From the NCBI GenBank assembly GCA_017379895.1, contig JAFNVH010000078.1:142-64141 (forward strand): 64,000 nt of DNA, read 5' to 3'. How positions within the stretch are numbered: position 1 is the stretch's first letter; every line of letters starts with the position of its first letter. Source of the stretch: Rikenellaceae bacterium. Its GTDB lineage: Bacteria > Bacteroidota > Bacteroidia > Bacteroidales > Rikenellaceae. The notes under the pieces were generated by a model that searched no databases, was not told the DNA's origin, and was given only the letters and a program-made list of their open reading frames with translations. Position numbers and translations under genes: made by a program. Positions 46,586-56,996 of this stretch are shown piece after piece.

Positions 46586-47308
46586 ATGGCAGCAAAGACA
46601 ACTTATAACTTTATAGCCGATCCTCAGGACGTTGATTTCTCGTTGCGAATGTCGATCTCGAAACTGATCGCGAAGACTCTGCACGTCGCAGGCTTCGACG
46701 CTGACAGCAAAGGATTCGGCATCCGCGCACTGAAACCCGAAAATCGTTCGTGGGTGCTCTCGCGTATGGCAGTCGAAATAGATCGCCGCCCGATGGAGTA
46801 CACTCCTTATAATATTACTACGTGGGTGAGCGACTATGGTCGCGCAATGAGTACCCGTAACTTTGTACTCGACTGCGAGGGCGAGGTCTTCGGTCGCGCT
46901 ACGACACAATGGTCGATGATCGACTTCAACACGCGTCGCGCGGTTGATTTGCGCTATCTGGCCGATCACAACGATGCTGTTTGGGACGAAGTGCCGCCCA
47001 TCGAGCGTGCAGGTAAATTGGCTGCCGTTGAACCCGAGAATACCTTGGTGCACCGGGTGGCATATAGCGACATCGACTTCAATCGTCATATGAATTCGCT
47101 GCGTTATTTCGATCTGATGCTCGACTGCCTACCGATTGAGTTGCACGAAACAAATCGTCCAGTACGTATCGAAATTAACTTCCTGAATGAAACCCGCTAT
47201 GGTCAAACCCTGACAATCGGCTATCGTCACGAGGGTGATCGTTGGGAGTTCGAAGTCGCAACCGACGAAGGCGTTGTAGCTTGCCGAACCACATTCGAGT
47301 GGCGCTAA
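46586..47308 (+). CDS. acyl-ACP thioesterase
   Basis: A double hot-dog architecture of ~240 aa, with a pattern like the FatA/B-type bacterial thioesterases (PF01643-like). Confidence 0.7.
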   Translation: MAAKTTYNFIADPQDVDFSLRMSISKLIAKTLHVAGFDADSKGFGIRALKPENRSWVLSRMAVEIDRRPMEYTPYNITTWVSDYGRAMSTRNFVLDCEGEVFGRATTQWSMIDFNTRRAVDLRYLADHNDAVWDEVPPIERAGKLAAVEPENTLVHRVAYSDIDFNRHMNSLRYFDLMLDCLPIELHETNRPVRIEINFLNETRYGQTLTIGYRHEGDRWEFEVATDEGVVACRTTFEWR

Positions 47309-47315
47309 ATCAATA

Positions 47316-47355
47316 GAAAAATAGCCGTCAGGAATCACCCCGACGGCTATTAAAA
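47316..47355. terminator. hairpin serving the thioesterase gene (+) and the SRP RNA (-)
   Basis: A perfect 9-bp stem, ATAGCCGTC / GACGGCTAT. On the - strand it is followed by TTTTTCT. Confidence 0.55.
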
Positions 47356-47362
47356 CAAAAAA

Positions 47363-47458
47363 GGGTAAGCTACTTATATCGCACCGCTACAACCACCTAC
47401 CCTTGCTTGCTTCCGCACCTGGGGGATTCAGTAGGAGCTGGTCGTATAAGACTTACCC
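47363..47458 (-). ncRNA. ffs: signal recognition particle RNA (4.5S type)
   Basis: Reverse complement: GGGTAAGTCTTATACGACCAGCTCCTACTGAATCCCCCAGGTGCGGAAGCAAGCAAGGGTAGGTGGTTGTAGCGGTGCGATATAAGTAGCTTACCC. It forms one long hairpin with complementary ends. The domain IV apex CAGGUGCGGAAGCAAGCAAGG parallels E. coli CAGGUCCGGAAGGAAGCAGCCAAGG, including the GGAA tetraloop. A canonical promoter lies just upstream on the - strand. Confidence 0.8.
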
Positions 47459-47463
47459 GAGTG

Positions 47464-47494
47464 CAAATGTACGGATTTTTCTTATATTTGCAAA
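47464..47494 (-). promoter_or_regulatory. promoter of the SRP RNA
   Basis: On the - strand, TTTG (47494 to 47491) is separated by a 19-nt spacer from TACATTTG (47471 to 47464). The RNA 5' end lies 6 nt downstream. A + strand TATATTTG (47484-47491) for mltG overlaps it. Confidence 0.65.
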
Positions 47495-47509
47495 AAAATT
47501 ACAACCGAA

Positions 47510-48523
47510 ATGAAAAAAACACTTATTTGGATATTCGCCGCAGCAGTCGTTTTGGGTGCTGCCGCAGCCGCTTGGGGCATCATCTCGTTCAAGGGTAACG
47601 CAGTGAAACAGAGCGCAGAAATCTATCTCTCGAAGCGCTCGGACTACACCACTCTGATCGATTCGCTCAAACCAAAAATCGGACACCATCTGGCATTCGA
47701 CATTTATGCCAAACGCCTCAATTTGGAGCAAACTTTCAAGCCTGGACACTATATTCTCAATGAAGGAATGGACGTGATTGAGATCGTTCGAATGATTAAA
47801 CTCGGTATGCAAACACCCATAAACGTCACCTTCAACAACGCCAAAACACCCGCCTATTTGGCCGGAAAACTCGCACGACAGATCGACGCCGACTCAGCAG
47901 AAATTGCGGCTGTACTGACCGACCAAGCGATAGCAGAAAAGTATGGTTTCAAGAATCCGCTGACAATGTTCTCGATATTTGTACCCAACACATACGAACT
48001 CTATTGGACCGTATCACCCGAGCAGATCGTTGAGCGTATGAACAAGGAGTACGAGGCTTTTTGGGCTGATCGTGACGCAAAGCGCAAACGCAGCGGATTG
48101 TCGCGTTTGGAGGTAATGACCTTGGCTTCAATCGTTTATGAGGAGACGCGCGCAACCGACGAAATGGCAACCGTAGCGGGCGTCTATATCAATCGTTTGA
48201 AGAAAGGTATGCCGTTGCAGGCCGACCCGACGGTGAAATATGCCGTTGGTGATTTCACCTTGCGCCGAATCCTGCACAAGCATCTGCGCGTCGATTCGCC
48301 CTACAATACCTATAAAAACAGAGGACTACCCCCCTCACCTATTTGTATGCCCTCGATCGCGGCTATTGACGGCGTGCTGAATTTCGAGAAACACAACTAT
48401 ATCTATTTCTGCGCACGCCCCACATTCGACGGTCATCACAACTTTGCGGCGACATACATCGAACACCTGCGTAACGCCCGCGCTTACACCAAAGAGTTGA
48501 ACAAACGAAAGATTTATAAGTAA
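47510..48523 (+). CDS. mltG: endolytic murein transglycosylase MltG (YceG-like)
   Basis: Has an N-terminal TM anchor and the YceG signature ...ASIVYEETR...YNTYKNRGLPPSPICMPS... Confidence 0.85.
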   Translation: MKKTLIWIFAAAVVLGAAAAAWGIISFKGNAVKQSAEIYLSKRSDYTTLIDSLKPKIGHHLAFDIYAKRLNLEQTFKPGHYILNEGMDVIEIVRMIKLGMQTPINVTFNNAKTPAYLAGKLARQIDADSAEIAAVLTDQAIAEKYGFKNPLTMFSIFVPNTYELYWTVSPEQIVERMNKEYEAFWADRDAKRKRSGLSRLEVMTLASIVYEETRATDEMATVAGVYINRLKKGMPLQADPTVKYAVGDFTLRRILHKHLRVDSPYNTYKNRGLPPSPICMPSIAAIDGVLNFEKHNYIYFCARPTFDGHHNFAATYIEHLRNARAYTKELNKRKIYK

Positions 48524-48526
48524 ACG

Positions 48527-48556
48527 AAAAAGCCGCCCTCGCAAGGCGGCTTTTTT
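48527..48556. terminator. bidirectional terminator between mltG and the GNAT gene
   Basis: AAAAAGCCGCC / GGCGGCTTTTTT. Confidence 0.8.
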
Positions 48557-48558
48557 AT

Positions 48559-49077
48559 TTAGAACAGGCGTTGCATCATCACCACATCGCGCCAACCGTC
48601 CGCGGCTAAGCGCCAGCGACGACGCACACCGCACTCTTCGAATTGACAGCCCGAAAACAGAGCTCGACAAACCACGTTATCGGTATCGATATCACAATAC
48701 AACTGATTGAGCATCAGGACATCACGAGCATACTCAACAAGCAGAGCCAATGCCTCCGAAGCATAACCTCGGCAGCGCTCACCATCAGCCACCAACACCC
48801 CCACGCCTGCACGTCGATTCAGCGGATCGAAATCGAACAAATCGACCGCACCGACCGCCGTTGCATCATCGTTGCGAGCAATGACCAGACGCAACTGATG
48901 AGTGCGCCAAATGTCGTACTGCTGCTGCTCGATAAACGCCCTCAAAATCTCACGCGAGAAGGGCGCAACTGTACCGCTCACACCCCATACCGCAGGGTCA
49001 TTCTCCCAGCGATACATCGGCTCGACATCGTTCGGCTCGAGCGCACGAAGGTGAATATTTTGACCTCGAAGAAGCAT
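48559..49077 (-). CDS. GNAT-family N-acetyltransferase (RimJ/RimL-like)
   Basis: LRALEPNDVEPMYRWENDP... is typical of the Acetyltransf_3 family. It also has the acetyl-CoA motif RGYASEA. Confidence 0.8.
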   Translation of the reverse strand: MLLRGQNIHLRALEPNDVEPMYRWENDPAVWGVSGTVAPFSREILRAFIEQQQYDIWRTHQLRLVIARNDDATAVGAVDLFDFDPLNRRAGVGVLVADGERCRGYASEALALLVEYARDVLMLNQLYCDIDTDNVVCRALFSGCQFEECGVRRRWRLAADGWRDVVMMQRLF

Positions 49078-49080
49078 AAT

Positions 49081-50307
49081 TTACAAACCAATAATCTTAT
49101 TGCGAATCAACATCGCAACACCCCAAGCACCCGCACTATCGTCAAGCTGCGACACTCGGAATTTGGTATCTTTATAGACGAGATTGAGCGAATATTTATT
49201 GGTTGCCGACTTCAAAGGCAACATCAGATAGTCACCCGCTGCCGCCAGATTACCACCAATAACGACCGTTTCGGGGTTGAAAATATTGATCAAAAATGCA
49301 ACACTCTTACCGATTTTTTCGCCCGCTTCCTCGATCAATTCGATCGAAAGATTATCGTCCTTGCGAGCCGCATCGATAATATCGTCAATATGCACAACGC
49401 CCTCAGTATCAACCTTATCACGTAGAATTGAATTGACACCCGAGCGAATCATTCCGACCATCTTCTGCTCGATAGCAACACCCGAAACTTCGGTTTCGAG
49501 GCAACCCTTCTTGCCGCACGGACAGATGATCTCGTTATCGAAGAACGGCGTGTGACCAAACTCGCCCGCAAAGCCGCTCTTGCCATAATATAGTTCGCCC
49601 TTCATCACAATACCAATCGCTACACCACGACCCAAGTAGAGATAGACCATATTGTTCTTAGGCGTGTCGGTCAAAGCACACTCGGCAAAGCAACGCGCAC
49701 GGGTATCATTTTCGAGCAGTACACGCACTCCAACACGCGATTCAAGAATCTCGCGCAAAGAGAGATCGCTCGAAGTGAAATACTTATAACTGCAACCCGT
49801 ATCGGGATTAACTCGGCCAGCGATGCAAACACCGACACCCAAAATCTTGCTACGATCAACACCCGAATGGTCGATAAATTCGGTAATAAGTGTACATATC
49901 TTTTCGAGGCACTGGGGACGATCCTCCAACTCGAAATTCTCCTCACGATGGTGACGTATCACATTGTTTTGCAGGTCAGTAAGCACGAACATCATATAGT
50001 CGCGTGCAATCTCGACTCCCACAAAATAGATCGCCGAATTGGCCAGTCCAAAGATGTTCGGACGACGACCGCCAGGGGTCTCGACCTTACCATTATCGGT
50101 CACAATATCCTCCTGAACCAGCTCCTGCACCAACTTGGTTATGGTCGGCACGCTGATGTGCAATTCCTTGGTCAATTCGGCCAGCGTACACTGACCGTGC
50201 AAAGCCATATATGCAATAATATTTCGTTTGATGAGGCTATTTTTATGAGTAACGCCCTTCATCATATCGTCTTCGTGCTGATTGAAAAATTCTTTTAATG
50301 ATGTCAT
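49081..50307 (-). CDS. ROK-family transcriptional regulator / sugar kinase
   Basis: Has an N-terminal winged HTH, a ROK core with a GxGxG-type ATP motif, and the Zn motif CPCGKKGCLE. Confidence 0.85.
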   Translation of the reverse strand: MTSLKEFFNQHEDDMMKGVTHKNSLIKRNIIAYMALHGQCTLAELTKELHISVPTITKLVQELVQEDIVTDNGKVETPGGRRPNIFGLANSAIYFVGVEIARDYMMFVLTDLQNNVIRHHREENFELEDRPQCLEKICTLITEFIDHSGVDRSKILGVGVCIAGRVNPDTGCSYKYFTSSDLSLREILESRVGVRVLLENDTRARCFAECALTDTPKNNMVYLYLGRGVAIGIVMKGELYYGKSGFAGEFGHTPFFDNEIICPCGKKGCLETEVSGVAIEQKMVGMIRSGVNSILRDKVDTEGVVHIDDIIDAARKDDNLSIELIEEAGEKIGKSVAFLINIFNPETVVIGGNLAAAGDYLMLPLKSATNKYSLNLVYKDTKFRVSQLDDSAGAWGVAMLIRNKIIGL

Positions 50308-50415
50308 AGAATTTTACTATTTACAAACGCAATTATTTAACAAAATTAATAAAGATTTTCAATAATGCAAGACCTATTTGCGAGTTTTTTCAATTTATCA
50401 ACCCTCACAAACACG

Positions 50416-50463
50416 AAAAATGGGCACAAAGGTGGCTTCTACGCACCTCTGCGCCCATTTTTA
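50416..50463 (-). terminator. rho-independent terminator after fabD
   Basis: The imperfect ~15-bp stem ATGGGCACAAAGGTG / CACCTCTGCGCCCAT is followed on the - strand by TTTTTCG. Confidence 0.55.
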
Positions 50464-50484
50464 TTTGGTGAAAAAATTTCTCTT

Positions 50485-51369
50485 CTACAACGTTGCTTTT
50501 GACACCGCATCAGCCTCGCGGCTGACTTTCTTGATCAAACCTTGAAGCACCGCACCAGGGCCTAGCTCAACAAACGAATCAGCTCCATCAGCCAACATAT
50601 TCTGCACAATATAGGTCCAACGCACGGGAGCCGTAAGCTGCGCAATCAGGTTAGCCTTGATCTGCTCGGGATCGGTATAAGGTTTAGCATCAACATTCTG
50701 ATATACAGGGCAGATAGGCGTCTTAAACGGAGCAGCCTCGATCGCGGCCTGCAACTCAACCTTAGCAGGCTCCATCAGCGGCGAGTGGAAAGCACCACCT
50801 ACGGGCAGACGCAATGCGCGACGAGCACCCGCAGCCTTCAAACGCTCGCAAGCGGCATCGACAGCCTCGATCGAACCCGAGATAACCAACTGACCCGGAC
50901 AGTTATAGTTTGCAGCCACAACTACCCCATCGACCTCGGCGCAGATATTCTCAACGACCTTATCTTCAAGTCCCAAAACAGCCGCCATTGTCGAAGGCTG
51001 AGCATCGCACGCCTGCTGCATTGCAGCCGCACGCTTAGCCACCAAACGCAGACCATCCTCGAAATCCAAGGCACCAGCAGCAACCAATGCACTGAACTCG
51101 CCAAGCGAATGGCCAGCAACCATATCGGGTTTGAACTCTTCACCGAGTGCCTTTGCCATAATTACCGAATGAAGGAATACCGCAGGCTGAGTTACGAAGG
51201 TCTGTTTCAGATCCTCGTCCGTACCCTCGAACATAATGTCGGTGATGCGGAAGCCGAGTATTTCGTTAGCCTTCTCGAAAAGTTCCTTGGCAGCAGGAAC
51301 GTTCGTGTAGAGATCCTTACCCATACCAGAGAATTGTGATCCCTGGCCGGGGAATACAAATGCTTTCAT
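50485..51369 (-). CDS. fabD: ACP S-malonyltransferase
   Basis: Contains FPGQGSQ, the active-site GHSLGE and AFHS. Confidence 0.95.
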   Translation of the reverse strand: MKAFVFPGQGSQFSGMGKDLYTNVPAAKELFEKANEILGFRITDIMFEGTDEDLKQTFVTQPAVFLHSVIMAKALGEEFKPDMVAGHSLGEFSALVAAGALDFEDGLRLVAKRAAAMQQACDAQPSTMAAVLGLEDKVVENICAEVDGVVVAANYNCPGQLVISGSIEAVDAACERLKAAGARRALRLPVGGAFHSPLMEPAKVELQAAIEAAPFKTPICPVYQNVDAKPYTDPEQIKANLIAQLTAPVRWTYIVQNMLADGADSFVELGPGAVLQGLIKKVSREADAVSKATL

Positions 51370-51617
51370 AACTTTACCAAGTTAAAGTTTAATATTATTA
51401 CTCTGCCACAAGACTCTTTGTACTCACTTCTCCCTACCTTGCGACAGCACAAAGGTAACTATTTCGCTAAGAAAATCTACACATTTTGATTAAATGTTGA
51501 TAACTTACCTTATATAAATAGCGGAAATATGCCAAAATTTTGCTAAAATTGCAAGATTAAATACGGTGCGTAGTGCGCTCTAACCCCATTTCGCACCATA
51601 AACACATTAGAAAGACT

Positions 51618-52343
51618 ATGTTAGCAATAATTTATTACTTCATTTTGGCCATCGCTTGTTTTGCGGTATTGATTCTTTCGGCAATTATGGTAGTAGTATT
51701 GCGTCCGTTCGATCCTGCACGTCGTTGCATTCACGAGCTGTCGCGCCTGCTGACCCGAATCTTCTTCTGCTGGCCCAAGTGGCGCAAAATCGTGCGTGGC
51801 GTGGAGAAGATCGACCGCAAGCAGCCTTACGTAATCACAATCAACCACACAAGTATGGTCGATATCCCGATGCTCTATCATATTCCGCTGAACTTCCGCT
51901 GGGTATCGAAGCGCGAGGTGTTTCGTATCCCGTTCTTCGGACAAATGCTGACACTGCACGGCGATATCTGCATCGACCGTTCGTCATCAAGTGCTATGGC
52001 TAAGGTGATAACAATGGGCAAGAAATGGATTGGTCGCGGTGCGTCGATCGCAATCTTCCCCGAGGGTACTCGTTCGAAAGATGGCGAGATTCATCGTTTC
52101 AAGTCGGGTGCATTCTCGCTGGCTAAGGATGCAGGCGTACCCATTCTGCCCGTAGTGCTGCACGGCTCGGATACGCTTTTCGCGAACGGCTGGCGACTGC
52201 CGTGGCGACACACCTTCCGCGTCGAGGTGCTCGATCCCATTCCTGCCGAGGTGGTTGCTTCGATGGAACTGAAAGAGCTGAGCGAGATGGTGCGCGAGAA
52301 GATGGTTGCAGCAAAAGAGATGCTCAAAAATATGAACGATTAA
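51618..52343 (+). CDS. plsC: 1-acyl-sn-glycerol-3-phosphate acyltransferase
   Basis: Contains the HX4D motif NHTSMVD and FPEGTRS. I prefer the ATG at 51618 (MLAIIYYF...) over the track's non-ATG start at 51573. Confidence 0.8.
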   Translation: MLAIIYYFILAIACFAVLILSAIMVVVLRPFDPARRCIHELSRLLTRIFFCWPKWRKIVRGVEKIDRKQPYVITINHTSMVDIPMLYHIPLNFRWVSKREVFRIPFFGQMLTLHGDICIDRSSSSAMAKVITMGKKWIGRGASIAIFPEGTRSKDGEIHRFKSGAFSLAKDAGVPILPVVLHGSDTLFANGWRLPWRHTFRVEVLDPIPAEVVASMELKELSEMVREKMVAAKEMLKNMND

Positions 52344-52364
52344 ACGAACAGGAGAAACAATATA

Positions 52365-54254
52365 ATGGCTGAAACAACAGTACAATACAGCGATTCCGAC
52401 ATTAAAACCCTCAGCACACGCGATCAGATGCGTCTGCGTCCGGGTATGTGGATCGGCAACTTGGGTGACGGCTCGCAACCCGACGACGGTATCTACACCC
52501 TGCTCAAAGAGGTGGTAGATAACTCGATCGACGAGTTCATTATGGGTGCGGGTAAGGTTATCGAAATTACTATCGACGAGAACAAGCGCGTGACCGTACG
52601 CGACTATGGTCGAGGTATTCCTCTCGATAGTTTGGCTAATGCTGTATCGAAAATCAATACGAGTGGTAAGTATGGCTCGGGCGCGTTTAAGAAGACCGTA
52701 GGTCTGAATGGTGTCGGTGTCAAGGCAGTTAACATGATGTCGAGCGAGTTCACGGCTCGAAGTGTCCGCGACGGCGAAGCTCGCACGGTGAGCTACCAGA
52801 CAGGTCTGGAACTGAGCGACCGACGCGAAAGCGGTGTGCAGGAAAAGAACGGCACAATGATCAGCTACGTGGTTGACGAGGATGTATTCGGCGTGTACGA
52901 GTACAATATGGAGTACATCGAGCAGCGTCTGCGCAACTACACCTACCTAAATCAGGGACTGACGATTAAGTTCAACGGCACGTCGTATCACTCGAAGAAT
53001 GGTCTGCTGGACCTGCTGACCGAGAATATGTCGGGCGAGGAGCCTCTCTATCCCATTATCCACCTCAAAGGTAAGGATATCGAGGTGGCAATTACGCACG
53101 GCACAAGCTACGGCGAAACATATTACTCGTTTGTGAATAGCCAAAACACCTTCCGTGGCGGTACACATCAGGCGGCGCTGCGCGAGGCTGTTGCCAAGGT
53201 GGTTAAGGAGTTCTATAAGAAAGATTACGATCCGTCGGACGTACGTACCTCGATCGTTGCGGCGATCAGCGTCAATGTCGAAGAACCCGGATTCGACTCG
53301 CAGACCAAGACCCGATTGGTGTCGAAGGATATGGAGCCCGAGGGACCGACCGTGCGTCAGTATGTGATCGACTTCCTCAAACAGGAGCTGGATAACTATC
53401 TGCATAAACACCCCGACACCGCAGGCGTGCTCAACAAGAAGATTCTCGAAAACGAAAAGGAGCGCAAAGCGATTTCGGGCGTACAGAAGAAGGCGCGCGA
53501 GATTGCTAAGAAGGTGTCACTCAACAACAAGAAGTTGCGCGACTGCAAAATTCACCTCACCGACAAGAACGATCGTGCCGAAGAGTCGATGATCTTCATC
53601 ACGGAGGGTAACTCGGCGTCGGGTTCGATCACCAAGAGCCGCGACGCTCAGACACAGGCTGTATTCTCGCTGCGTGGTAAGCCGCTGAACTGTTTTGGTT
53701 TGACCAAGAAGGTGGTTTACGACTTCGAGGAGTTCAATCTGTTGCAGGCTGCACTGAATATTGAGGAGGATATGGATAACCTGCGCTACAACAAGGTGAT
53801 CATCGCAACCGATGCCGATGTCGACGGTATGCACATCCGACTGCTGTTGATGACCTTCTTCCTGCAATTCTTCCCCGATGTGATTCGTCAGGGTCACCTC
53901 TATGTGTTGCAGACACCGCTGTTCCGCGTGCGCAACAAGAAGGAAACACACTACTGTTATAACGAGGAGGAGAAGCAGCGCGCAATTATCAAGTGCGGTG
54001 CTACGGCCGAGATCACTCGATTCAAAGGTCTTGGTGAGATTTCGCCCGAGGAGTTCGGCGAGTTCATTGGTGAGAAGATGCGTCTGGACAAGGTGCGTCT
54101 GACCAAAGACGATCCTATTCACGATATGTTGGAGTTCTATATGGGTAAGAACACTTACGACCGCCAGAACTTTATCATCAACAACCTGCGCATCGAGGAG
54201 GATCTGATCGAGAATATGGACAAATACAACTCGACCGAGGCCGAAGCGGTTTAA
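52365..54254 (+). CDS. parE: type IIA topoisomerase subunit B, topoisomerase IV type (ParE)
   Basis: Has GHKL ATPase motifs ([15 protein letters not shown]), Toprim (EGNSA, DADVDG) and a short C-terminus (629 aa). It is paired with the A subunit downstream. Confidence 0.8.
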   Translation: MAETTVQYSDSDIKTLSTRDQMRLRPGMWIGNLGDGSQPDDGIYTLLKEVVDNSIDEFIMGAGKVIEITIDENKRVTVRDYGRGIPLDSLANAVSKINTSGKYGSGAFKKTVGLNGVGVKAVNMMSSEFTARSVRDGEARTVSYQTGLELSDRRESGVQEKNGTMISYVVDEDVFGVYEYNMEYIEQRLRNYTYLNQGLTIKFNGTSYHSKNGLLDLLTENMSGEEPLYPIIHLKGKDIEVAITHGTSYGETYYSFVNSQNTFRGGTHQAALREAVAKVVKEFYKKDYDPSDVRTSIVAAISVNVEEPGFDSQTKTRLVSKDMEPEGPTVRQYVIDFLKQELDNYLHKHPDTAGVLNKKILENEKERKAISGVQKKAREIAKKVSLNNKKLRDCKIHLTDKNDRAEESMIFITEGNSASGSITKSRDAQTQAVFSLRGKPLNCFGLTKKVVYDFEEFNLLQAALNIEEDMDNLRYNKVIIATDADVDGMHIRLLLMTFFLQFFPDVIRQGHLYVLQTPLFRVRNKKETHYCYNEEEKQRAIIKCGATAEITRFKGLGEISPEEFGEFIGEKMRLDKVRLTKDDPIHDMLEFYMGKNTYDRQNFIINNLRIEEDLIENMDKYNSTEAEAV

Positions 54255-54294
54255 GCATTTTTTGATTTTGGAATAAGAGAAAACAACACGATAA

Positions 54295-56982
54295 ATGGAC
54301 GAAAATAATATTATAACCGAAGAGTTAAACGTGGCCGAGGAGCAGATCTCGCAGCGCCCGAGCGGTAAGTTCGGCAAGCTGATGGAGGATGCGAGCGGCA
54401 CGCGTAAGCTCACGGGGATGTATAAGAATTGGTTTCTGGATTACGCTTCGTATGTAATCTTGGAGCGTGCTGTGCCCCACGTCGAAGATGGTCTGAAACC
54501 TGTACAACGACGTATCCTGCACTCGATGAAGCGTATGGACGACGGCCGCTACAACAAGGTGGCGAACATCGTCGGTCATACTATGCAGTTCCACCCGCAC
54601 GGCGACGCCTCGATTGGTGATGCGCTGGTGCAGCTCGGACAGAAGGATCTGTTGATCGACTGCCAGGGAAACTGGGGTAACATCCTGACGGGTGACGCGG
54701 CAGCAGCTTCGCGTTATATCGAGGCTCGATTGTCGAAATTCGCGCTCGAGGTAGTTTTCAACCCAAAAACAACCGAGTGGATGGCGTCATATGATGGTCG
54801 TAATCAGGAACCTGTGACGCTGCCCGTTAAGTTCCCGCTGCTGCTGGCGCAAGGCGTGGAGGGTATCGCTGTAGGTTTGGCATCGAAGATCCTGCCCCAC
54901 AACTTCAATGAGTTGATTGACGCCTGCGTGGCACACTTGCAGGGCGAGGAATTTACCCTGATGCCCGACTTCCCGACGGGTGGTTTGGTTGATTGCTCGC
55001 GCTATAATGACGGTCTGCGCGGTGGTGCGGTGAAGATTCGCGCGCGCATTTCGAAGATTGACAAGCGCACGCTGGCTATCACCGAGATTCCGTTTACGAC
55101 TACAACCGAGAGTATCAAGGAGTCAATCGTCAAGGCTAACGACAAGGGCAAGATCAAGATCCGCAAGGTGGAGGACAACACCGCGCAGAAGGTCGAGATC
55201 ATCGTTCACGTTGCACCCGACGAGTCGACCGACAAGACGATCGACGCACTCTACGCATTTACCGATTGCGAGGTGTCGATTTCGCCCAACTCGTGCGTGA
55301 TTTATGAAGATAAACCTCATTTCTTGGGAGTGAGCGAGATCCTGCGCCGCTCAGCCGAGCATACTAAGGCTCTATTGAAGCAGGAGTTGGAGATTAAGCT
55401 CGACGAGTTGAACGGTCAGTGGCATTCGACCTCGCTCGAAAAGATCTTCATCGAGAACAAACTTTATCAGCTGATTGAGGGTTGCCGCTCGCGCGAGGAG
55501 GCTTACGAGGCTGTCGACAAGGGTTTGGAGCCATTCAAGAAGTTGTTGCAGCGTGAGGTTACGCGCGACGACGTGATTAAGCTGACTCAGTTGCAGTTCA
55601 TTCGCATTTCGAAATACGATTCGGCGAAGGCCGATGAGTTGATTCGCGGTATCGAGGAGGATATTCGCAAGGTTAATCACGACCTGAAACATCTGACTGA
55701 GTATGCCGTTGCCTACTACAACCGCATTAAGGAGAAGTATGGTAAGGGCCGCGAGCGCCGCAGTGAGTTGCGCGAGTTCGATTCGATCGAGGCAGCTAAG
55801 GTAGTTGTGGCAAATGCCAAGCTCTATGTCAATCGTGCCGAGGGATTCTTCGGTATCGGTGCCTCGATGCGCAAAGATGAGTTCGTATGCGACTGCTCGG
55901 ATCTGGACGAGGTACTGGTGATGACTAAGGATGGTCGCTATGAGGTTACGAAGGTGCAGGACAAGGCATTCTTCGATAAGAACATATATTATATAGGTAT
56001 ATTCAAGCGCAACGACGAGCGCACGATTTACAATATTCTCTATCGTGACGGCAAGGCGGGCGCAATTATGATGAAGCGCTGCGCTATCAAAGGCGTTACG
56101 CGCGATAAGGTTTACGACATCACGAAGGGTACACCCAAGAGCGAGGTGATCTATATGACTGTCAATCCCAATGGCGAGGCTGAGGTATTGAAGGTATACT
56201 TCAAGCCGCGTCCGCGATTGAAGCGCGCGATTGTCGATCTCGATTTCTCGACGCTCGCAATCAAGGGTCGCCAGAGTCAGGGTAATCTGTTCTCGCGCTA
56301 TGGCATCCACAAGATCGTGATGAAGGAGCGTGGCACATCGACCCTCGGCGGACAGGACATCTATTTCGACGAGGATATTATGCGCCTTAACTCGGACGGT
56401 CGCGGTCGTCTGCTCGGCGAGTTCAGCGGCGACGATCGCATTATTGTGATGACTGCCAAGAACTTATATTACACGACGGGGTACGACCTGGGTCATCACT
56501 TCCCCGAGGATCTGATCAGCGTCGAGAAGTTTGACTCGGCACGTGTCTACTCGGTGGTTTACTTCGACAAGGTAGCGGGTTACTTCTACCTCAAACGCTT
56601 CAATGCTGAGTCGGGCGACAAGATGCAATATTTCCTCGACGAAGACGGCTCGATGCAGTTGATTGCAATTTCGACTGACGATCGTCCCCGCTTGGAGATC
56701 ACATACAAGGGTGCTCAGGCGTCGCGCCCGGCAGATACGGTAACCGTTGCTGACTTTATCGGCATCAAGAGCCACCGCGCAAAGGGCAAGCGATTGTCAA
56801 CTTACGACATTGACACGCTGACGTTTATCGAGCCTGAGGAGGTTCCCGAAGAGGAGCAGCTGACGCAACCCGTAGTGGCCGAGCCAATCGTTACTGAGGC
56901 AAACGAGGATGTCGATTTTGAGATCATTCGCAATGCGCCCGACGAGGAGATGGATAGTGGCGAGCAATTGAATTTGTTCTAA
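54295..56982 (+). CDS. parC: type IIA topoisomerase subunit A, topoisomerase IV type (ParC)
   Basis: Contains RAVPHVEDGLKPVQRRIL and the catalytic Tyr region AASRYIEARL. The product is 895 aa. Confidence 0.8.
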   Translation: MDENNIITEELNVAEEQISQRPSGKFGKLMEDASGTRKLTGMYKNWFLDYASYVILERAVPHVEDGLKPVQRRILHSMKRMDDGRYNKVANIVGHTMQFHPHGDASIGDALVQLGQKDLLIDCQGNWGNILTGDAAAASRYIEARLSKFALEVVFNPKTTEWMASYDGRNQEPVTLPVKFPLLLAQGVEGIAVGLASKILPHNFNELIDACVAHLQGEEFTLMPDFPTGGLVDCSRYNDGLRGGAVKIRARISKIDKRTLAITEIPFTTTTESIKESIVKANDKGKIKIRKVEDNTAQKVEIIVHVAPDESTDKTIDALYAFTDCEVSISPNSCVIYEDKPHFLGVSEILRRSAEHTKALLKQELEIKLDELNGQWHSTSLEKIFIENKLYQLIEGCRSREEAYEAVDKGLEPFKKLLQREVTRDDVIKLTQLQFIRISKYDSAKADELIRGIEEDIRKVNHDLKHLTEYAVAYYNRIKEKYGKGRERRSELREFDSIEAAKVVVANAKLYVNRAEGFFGIGASMRKDEFVCDCSDLDEVLVMTKDGRYEVTKVQDKAFFDKNIYYIGIFKRNDERTIYNILYRDGKAGAIMMKRCAIKGVTRDKVYDITKGTPKSEVIYMTVNPNGEAEVLKVYFKPRPRLKRAIVDLDFSTLAIKGRQSQGNLFSRYGIHKIVMKERGTSTLGGQDIYFDEDIMRLNSDGRGRLLGEFSGDDRIIVMTAKNLYYTTGYDLGHHFPEDLISVEKFDSARVYSVVYFDKVAGYFYLKRFNAESGDKMQYFLDEDGSMQLIAISTDDRPRLEITYKGAQASRPADTVTVADFIGIKSHRAKGKRLSTYDIDTLTFIEPEEVPEEEQLTQPVVAEPIVTEANEDVDFEIIRNAPDEEMDSGEQLNLF

Positions 56983-56996
56983 AAAAACGAGTTGCG

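Noticed and set aside
47407-47812. ORFs 47407..47598 (+) and 47453..47812 (-) in the thioesterase-mltG gap.
   Set aside because: They overlap the SRP RNA, its promoter and the 5' end of mltG. They have no coding features.
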